Shown: positions 57,240 to 64,000 of the stretch, piece after piece | How positions within the stretch are numbered: position 1 is the first letter of the stretch | Layout: each line of letters begins with the position of its first letter | Translations under genes and position numbers: made by a program | Assembly (NCBI GenBank): GCA_014905635.1 | Contig: JABVCE010000020.1 | Location: 1-64,000 of the forward strand | DNA: 64,000 bases | From: Scenedesmus sp. PABB004 | Lineage: Eukaryota | Direction of reading: 5' to 3' | Notes under the pieces: model-generated | Seen by the model: only the letters and a program-made list of their open reading frames with translations | Database searches by the model: none | Told to the model about the DNA's origin: nothing

Positions 57240-60200
57240 ATGTCGCGCCCAGTCGGCCTCCTCGCGCTGGCGCTCGTCCTGGCCGCCTGCCTGGCCCGCC
57301 CCGCTTCAGGTGAGCTCCTTGGGGCAGATTCCAGAAATCGGCGCCGGCCCCGCGGCCCCTCGGCCGCTGTGCAGGTCGATTGAAGGCCGGTCACCAGGCG
57401 ATGCGCCCGCCTTCACCCGGCCTGCGCCCGCCTGTCCCGCCCCGACCCCCGCCCTGCACGCACGCGCCGCAGGCCAGACGTGCGCCGCGGCCGGTGCGTC
57501 GTGCGGCGGGGTACTCGGCACCGCCTGCTGCGCCGGGCTGGCGTGCAACCGCACGCTCGGCGCCCTGGTCGGCACGTGCGGCCCCGACTGCTCCAGCGGC
57601 TCGGTCTGCTTCCTGGGCACCGCACAGACGCCGGTCTGCTGCGCCCAGGGCTTCACCTGCACCGGGTGCGCCACGCGCGCCGGGCGCGCCGCGCGCGCCG
57701 GGCCGGGCGCGGGCCCCGCCGCTCACCGGCCCCGCGCCCGCCCTTCCGCCGCGCCGCCGCCGCCCTTCTGCCCGCCCACCCGCACTCGCAGGAGCGAGTG
57801 CTGCCCTGACGACAAGGCCTGCTCGGTGGAGGATTCGTCGGGCGTCGCGCAGCTGGTTTGCTGCCCCGGCGAGAAGACGTGCGTGACCGGCTCCGACAAC
57901 AAGCAGCGCTGCGACGCCTGCCCCACCGGCCGCCAGACGTGCAAGATCCTCAGGTGCGCTCCTCAGGCCTCGGACGCCCGGCCCAGCAACCGCGCGCGCA
58001 CGCGCGCGCGCGCGCGCGCGGCCTCCGCAGCTCCGCGCTCACGCTGCGTGCGCCGCCGCCCGCCACCCCACCCGCCGCCCCGCAGCGCGACGGGCGCGCT
58101 CGTGTCTCGCTGCTGCCCGGCCGGCTGGACCTGTGAGGACAACCAGTGCAAGCCGCCCTGCCCGACCGTGCGCCAGTGCACCACGACCGCGCTGTGAGTC
58201 CAGCACCGCGGCCTACCGCCGCCTCGCACGGGCATCGGCGCCCCCCCCCCCCCCCACCCTCCACCCACACACGCGCGCCCTCGCCGCCCCGCGTGCGCCT
58301 GCAGGCCCAACGGCGGCTGCTGCCCGGTCGGCCAGCTGTGCGCCACGACCTCGGCCGGCGACACGTGAGTGCCGGCCGCCGCGCTGCGCTGCGGGCCCCG
58401 ACGTGGCGGGCGGCTCAGCGCCGCGCGCCGCGCTGTGCTGTCCGCAGGTGCTGCCCCGCTGCCCAGGTGTGCGCCAACCCCTTGATCCCTGGCAACAAGC
58501 CCGTCTGCTGCCCGAGGGAAACCCAGTGCGACGGCCTGGGCCGCTGCCTGCCCTGGTGAGCCGCGCCGCCGCCGCCGCCGCTGCGGACCCGCGCCACGGC
58601 GACGCAGCGGGCTGCGCTCGCGGCGCCGGCGCATGAACGTCCGCCCCTCCCCTCGCGCAGCCCCGCCGGCACGTCCTGGTGCCCTGGCGCCGGCAAGTGC
58701 TGTCCCATCGACGCCAGCGGCGCGTCCAACTGCTACGCCAACACGTGCTGCCCCAAGGCGCGGCAGTGCGCCAACCCCGCGTTCCCGGGCAGCGAAGTGT
58801 GAGCGTCCGCGCCGGCGCGCGCACGCGCCGCGCCGCGCCGCGCCGCGCGCCCGCCCAGCGCGCGCCCGCGCAGCGCGCTCAACGCGCCGCCGCGGCGGCC
58901 GCCGCCGCGCAGGTGCTGCAAGGAGGGCCAGGTCTGCAAGGACGGCAAGTGCGTCGACGCGGTCGACCCCAAGTGCCCCCCCACGGCGCCCTTTTACTGC
59001 TGGTACGGCCCCTCCACCTACAAGTGCTGCTCCTCGCAGTCCGCCTGCCTGCCCAGCCTCGCGCCCGGGGACGTGTGCTGCGAGCCCCCGAGCGCACCGT
59101 GCAAGGCGTACCCGCGGCCCTGGGGCACGCTGCCGAGCCAGGACGTGTGCTGCGACCCCGCGGCGGGGACCTGCATGAACGTTATCTACCCCTACACCAG
59201 CACGCCCTTCTCATCAGCTGCAAAGGCTTGCTGCCCCAAGGCGCGCGAGCGGGCCGCGCGCGGAGCGGAGCGCGCCGCGCTGCGCAGTGGGCCGCGCGCC
59301 GCGGGCTGCTCGCGGGCCGCGCGCCGCCGACGCAGCCCGCGTCCCGCGTCCCACGCGCGCAGGAGAAGCAGTGCCAGTGGCTCAACCCGACGACGGGGCA
59401 GCCGGCCGGCGGCACGATGTGCTGCGCGACGACCTGCACGGCGCTGGCGACCTCGGACGGCACCAAGGCCAGTGTTTGCTGCCCAGAGGAGCGATTCAAT
59501 GCCAAGAACGAGACTTGCTGCCCGGCCGGCACGGTGTTCAACCCGCGCACCCTCACCTGCGACAAGCCCGTGCCCGCCGACTGCCCGGCGCCCAACACGC
59601 AGCTCTGTCCGCTCGCCAACGGCACCAACGTTTGCTGCCCGCCCGGCACGTGCGTCGGCGGCGACGTCGGCTGCTGCCCGCAGGGCCTGCCAGGTGCGCG
59701 CACGCGCCGGCGCGCCGGCGCGCCCGCCCCGAGACGCCGCCGCCGCCGGCGGGCGCGCCGCCGGCCCCCGCCCACGCGCGCGCCCACGCCCCCCGCGCCG
59801 CCCACGCGCCCCCAGTGTGCCCCGCCTGGCCCGGGCTCGACCCCAACAAGCGCGAGTGCTGCAAGGACCAGTGCCTCAACCTGCTCTTCCCCTCCAACTC
59901 CACGCCCAGCGTCGGCGACACGCCCGTGTGCTGCCCCAAGGCCCTCACCTGCAACTTCCTGCCCACCACCGCGGGCGGCAAGCCCCAGGAGTTCTGCTGC
60001 ACCACCAAGTGTGTGCCCGGCACGTGGCAGGGAACGGCGATCGACGTGTGAGTGCGGGGGCGCAGGCGGCGCAGAGCGCACCGCGCCGCGGGCGGCGCCC
60101 GCTTTCGGCCACGCCGGTGCCGGCCGCGCCGCTGCGTCGCTGCGCCTCTGAGCCCGCTCCCTCCCCCCATCCCGCCGGTGCCTCGCTGCTCAGGTGCTGC

Positions 60201-63152
60201 GAGAAGGAGCGCTTCTGCGGGCGCGATTGCTGCCCGCCGGGCGTGCCTTGCATCAACGGAAAGTGCTGCCCCGCGCCCAACGCGGTGTGTGCCGACCCCG
60301 CCAACCCCAGCCAGCAGGTCTGCTGCGAGGAGGGGAGCTGCCTGCCCAACCCGCTCAACCCCAACGGCGACCGCCTCTGCTGCGGCGGCGGGGGCAGCCA
60401 GGTCTGCGCCAACTCGGTTGGCGTGCGCAGTTGCTGCCCTGATGGCACGCGCTGCATGCCCGACGGCACGTGCTGCCGCAAGGAGCGCTACTGCGCGAGC
60501 CTGAACCCCCTCAAGCCGCCTCAGTGCTGCAACGACACGAGCACCTGCGTCGACGGCGAGTGCCGGCCGCCGGTCGTGACCACCGACACCAATTGCACCG
60601 CCCCCAATGTGACCTGCCCCTCATTCCCAAGCGGCACGCCGGACGTTTGCTGCCCCAGGGACAACTGCCTGTCCGTCTTTCCGCCCGTGACCGGCGCGCT
60701 CAGCACGGCCTGCTGCCCCAAGGTGAGTGCCGACGGCGCGGCTGCCGACTGCTGAGGCTGCTGGAGCAGCCGGCGCTGGCTGGAGTGTGGTGCTGACACG
60801 CCGCCGCTGTCCCGCCGCCGCCTCTCACCTTGCAGGACAAGATATGCAAGCCCTTCCCACTGACAGCCGGCGATAAGCCCATCTGCTGCAACACCACATG
60901 CATCCCCGGGCCCATCTCCGCCACCGGCGCGCCGGGCGAGCCCGTGTGCTGCCCCTGGCGCCCTCTGGTCATCACCGTGGGCGGCACGAACGGCACCCCG
61001 CCGAAGGACATCACGGGCTGCTGCGACCCGGAGAAGTTCAACCTGGTCGCCGACGGCACGTGCTGCCCCAAGGCACAGACCTGCCTGACGCCCAACGGGC
61101 CGATCTGCTGCGGTCCAGGCACCACCTGCCAGCCAAACACGGGCACCTGCACCCCGGTCGTGACCACCGACACCAACTGCACCGCACCCAATGTCACATG
61201 CCCCTCATTCCCAAGCGGCACGCCGGACGTTTGCTGCCCCAGGGACAACTGCCTGTCCGTCTTTCCGCCCGTGACCGGCGCGCTCAGCACGGCCTGCTGC
61301 CCCAAGGTGAGTGCCGACGGCGCGGCTGCCGACTGCTGAGGCTGCTGGAGCAGCCGGCGCTGGCCGGAGTGTGGTGCTGACACGCCGCCGCTGTCCCGCC
61401 GCCGCCTCTCACCTTGCAGGACAAGATATGCAAGCCCTTCCCACTGACAGCCGGCGATAAGCCCATCTGCTGCAACACCACATGCATCCCCGGGCCCATC
61501 TCCGCCACCGGCGCGCCGGGCGAGCCCGTGTGCTGCCCCTGGCGCCCTCTGGTCATCACCGTGGGCGGCACGAACGGCACCCCGCCGAAGGACATCACGG
61601 GCTGCTGCGACCCGGAGAAGTTCAACCTGGTCGCCGACGGCACGTGCTGCCCCAAGGCACAGACCTGCCTGACGCCCAACGGGCCGATCTGCTGCGGCCC
61701 AGGCACCACCTGCCAGCCAAACACGGGCACCTGCACCCCGGTCGTGACCACCGACACCAACTGCACCGCACCCAATGTCACATGCCCCTCCTTCCCAAGC
61801 GGCACGCCGGACGTTTGCTGCCCCAGGGACAACTGCCTGTCCGTCTTTCCGCCCGTGACCGGCGCGCTCAGCAGGGCCTGCTGCCCCGAGGTGAGTGCCG
61901 ACGGCGCGGCTGCCGACTGCTGAGGCTGCTGGTAGCCGGCGCTGGCCGGAGTGTGGTGCTGACACGCCGCCGCTGTCCCGCCGCCGCCTCTCACGCAGAC
62001 GAGCAAGTGCCGACCATTCCCTCCGATCACCGGGGCCAACGTCTGCTGCAACACGACGTGCGCTCTCCGGCCCATCAATGGCGCCCTGGTCAACGTCTGC
62101 TGCCCCTGGAGGCCCCTCGAGGTCACCACCAGCGCGGGGACCATTCGGCGCTGCTGCAACCCCGACCAAGCCGTCATCGCCTTTGGCGGCGTGTGCTGCC
62201 CCAAGAACCAGACCTGCCCGTCGCCCAACGGCGGCCTGCCGACCTGCTGCACCCAGGGCACGACCTGCCAGGCCAGCACTGGCACGTGCGTGGCCGTGGA
62301 GACCCCCTGCCCCGCGCCCAACGTGCAATGCCCCTTCTTCCCCAGCCTGCAGGGCCAGGACTGCTGCCCCAAGCAAAACTGCATGCCGGTGTGGGACCCG
62401 CTGCCACCGCCCGGCTCCAAGATCGGCGACGCGTGCTGCCGCAACGTGCGTGCGCTCCGCGCTGCGCCCCGCGCTGCGCCCCGCGCTGCGCCCGCGCCGG
62501 CGCCCCTTGCTGCGCCCCGCGCCCCGCGCGCTTGCGCGCGGCGCTCCGCGCCCGCCGCCACACCAGCGCCCACGCTGACCCGCCCCCGCGCCCCGCCCCG
62601 GCCCCGCAGGAGAGCAACGTCTGCGCGCCCTTCAAGCCCCCGCCGGGCGCGCCGCCGCAGGTCTGCTGCGCCAAGCCCGGCAGCTGCACGCCCGTGCCGA
62701 ACGCCGCGGGGGCGGTGACGCGGGTCTGCTGCCCCTTCCCGGTCACCAGCTTCAACGGCATCCCTGGATGCTGCCGCAAGGGCACGCGGCCCATGCCCGA
62801 CGGCACCTGCTGCCCTGCGCCGCGCTACGGCTTTGTGCCCGGCAAGGGCCCCGTCTGCTGCAAGCCGAGCCAGGCCTTTGACGCTGCGAGCGGCACCTGC
62901 TGCGCCGCGGCGCGCTTCTGCCCCCCGATTCAGGGCAACGACCCCGGGACCACGCCGGCGTGCTGCCCCGTCCCCGGGCGCTGCGCGCTGTGGCCGCCGA
63001 GCCCCGCCAAGGTCCAGACGCGCGTGTGCTGTCCCAAGGCACGGCGCTGCACCGTGTCGGTCGCGCCGCTCAAGGAGGAGTGTTGCCGCGTCGAGCAGAC
63101 GTGCGTGGTCGACGCGGCCTCGGGCCTCGGGCGCTGCACCACCGCGCCCTGA
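57240..63152 (+). CDS. Large secreted Cys/Pro-rich repeat protein B (many exons)
   Basis: Signal peptide MSRPVGLLALALVLAACLARPAS; dozens of xCCPxxxxC modules through all exons; ends SGLGRCTTAP-TGA at 63152; no TM segment seen. Confidence 0.85.
60573..61995 (+). repeat. 584-bp tandem exon+intron duplication (about 2.4 near-identical copies) inside gene B
   Basis: gtcgtgaccaccgacacc at 60573, 61157 and 61741; intron donors at 60723, 61307 and 61891. Confidence 0.95.
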
Positions 63153-63896
63153 CGCGCCCCCCATGCGCCGGCTCCCTGCGTTTGTGATTGATGGTCATTG
63201 AGTGATGGACCGCCTGCTCGCCCCGGCCCCGCCGAGGGCGGCGGCCTGCAGCCGTGCCCCTGCGCACGCGAGCGGAGTTGACTGAGCTGACTGAGTCCCG
63301 AGTCGTGGCTGACGTCGAGGCGCCGCCGCATGAGGCCGCTCCCTGGTTCCTGGTTGGCGCTTTGCACAGGGTCACGCAAGTTTGCTGTGCTTTTGCTGGC
63401 TGGCCCGCGCGGGCCGGCGCGCGCACGCGTGTGCGTTCGTGGCAAGTTGTGTCGGCGCAGCGGCGGCGGGGGTGAGACCGGACAAGGCGGGGGAACAAAA
63501 CGAGTCCTGGGGGGCGGGAAGGCACTCGCAGTTGCGGCTCACTGGCACCTGGTGCGAGGCTGGTGGTGTGAGGGCGGCGCCGTGCGCGCGCTCTGCCTGT
63601 GGCCCGCGATCGCACAGCCGCCCCGACCGTTTTGGTCTGCATTCAACAGGCTCGCAGCCACGCCCGGCTGCTGCGAACGCGCGGGGCGCGCAGCCCCGCG
63701 CGGGCCGAGGGGGTCCTGACCACGTCACTGGCCGCGTCACTGCACACACCTCACACCTCGCCCCACGCGCGCATGCACGCCCGGCGGTGCGCGCGCGAGA
63801 GAGGCGGTGCTGGAAAGCACGGCCGCGCCGTCCTCCCCCTTAAACGACCTGCGTCCCGCACTGACGCTTCCTGGAAGCACTTGGTGGCTGGCCGGC

Positions 63897-63901
63897 TGTA
63901 A
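63897..63901 (+). terminator. Candidate TGTAA poly(A) signal, possibly for gene B
   Basis: TGTAA followed by CA-rich sequence about 745 bp past the stop. Confidence 0.35.
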
Positions 63902-64000
63902 CACAACACAACTCACGAGGCGCGTCTCTAGTTTAGCAGGGCTCGCGCCCTTGAGCCCTCGCGGCTCGAGCGCGCAGAGGCGCCGCCGCACCAACCGCGG

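Noticed and set aside
60573..61995. Regularly spaced repeats as a CRISPR array or LTRs
   Set aside because: The units are contiguous coding exon+intron duplicates with no unique spacers, cas genes or gag/pol.
63925..63945. gtttagcaggg as an interstitial telomere
   Set aside because: A single imperfect match, expected by chance.
216..64000. tRNA, rRNA, snRNA or SECIS elements
   Set aside because: None were recognisable by eye and no conserved in-frame TGA was seen. A covariance-model scan (tRNAscan-SE, Infernal) is needed to exclude them.

Overview
Left end of a nuclear chromosome from a very GC-rich, intron-rich chlorophyte green alga. The TTTAGGG telomere, TGTAA poly(A) signals and short GC-rich introns fit Sphaeropleales/Selenastraceae (Raphidocelis- or Monoraphidium-like); the taxon is an inference. 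The telomere (1-215) is followed almost at once by about 21 densely packed spliced genes: PRDA1-like, CDPK, rhomboid, ATP sulfurylase, PPR-like, Cys-rich secreted protein A, CBM20 protein, SAC3/GANP, a hypothetical, ENOD93-like, OPR-like, GH88 hydrolase, extracellular LRR, secreted PEBP, RADA, HVA22-like, dihydroxyacetone kinase, DUF819, 2OG-Fe(II) oxygenase-like, FHA-parvulin and large Cys-rich secreted protein B. Most notable: (1) each Cys-rich gene has a start-less, in-frame, slightly diverged partial copy upstream in the same orientation, and gene B also has a 584-bp exon+intron tandem amplification, which suggests repeat shuffling or gene conversion of surface proteins; (2) GC-AG introns are very frequent; (3) a bacterial-type GH88 carries introns; (4) five apparent frameshifts in GC runs are probably assembly errors. 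All family assignments come from motif recognition by eye. CDS coordinates span introns, and some starts and ends are approximate.
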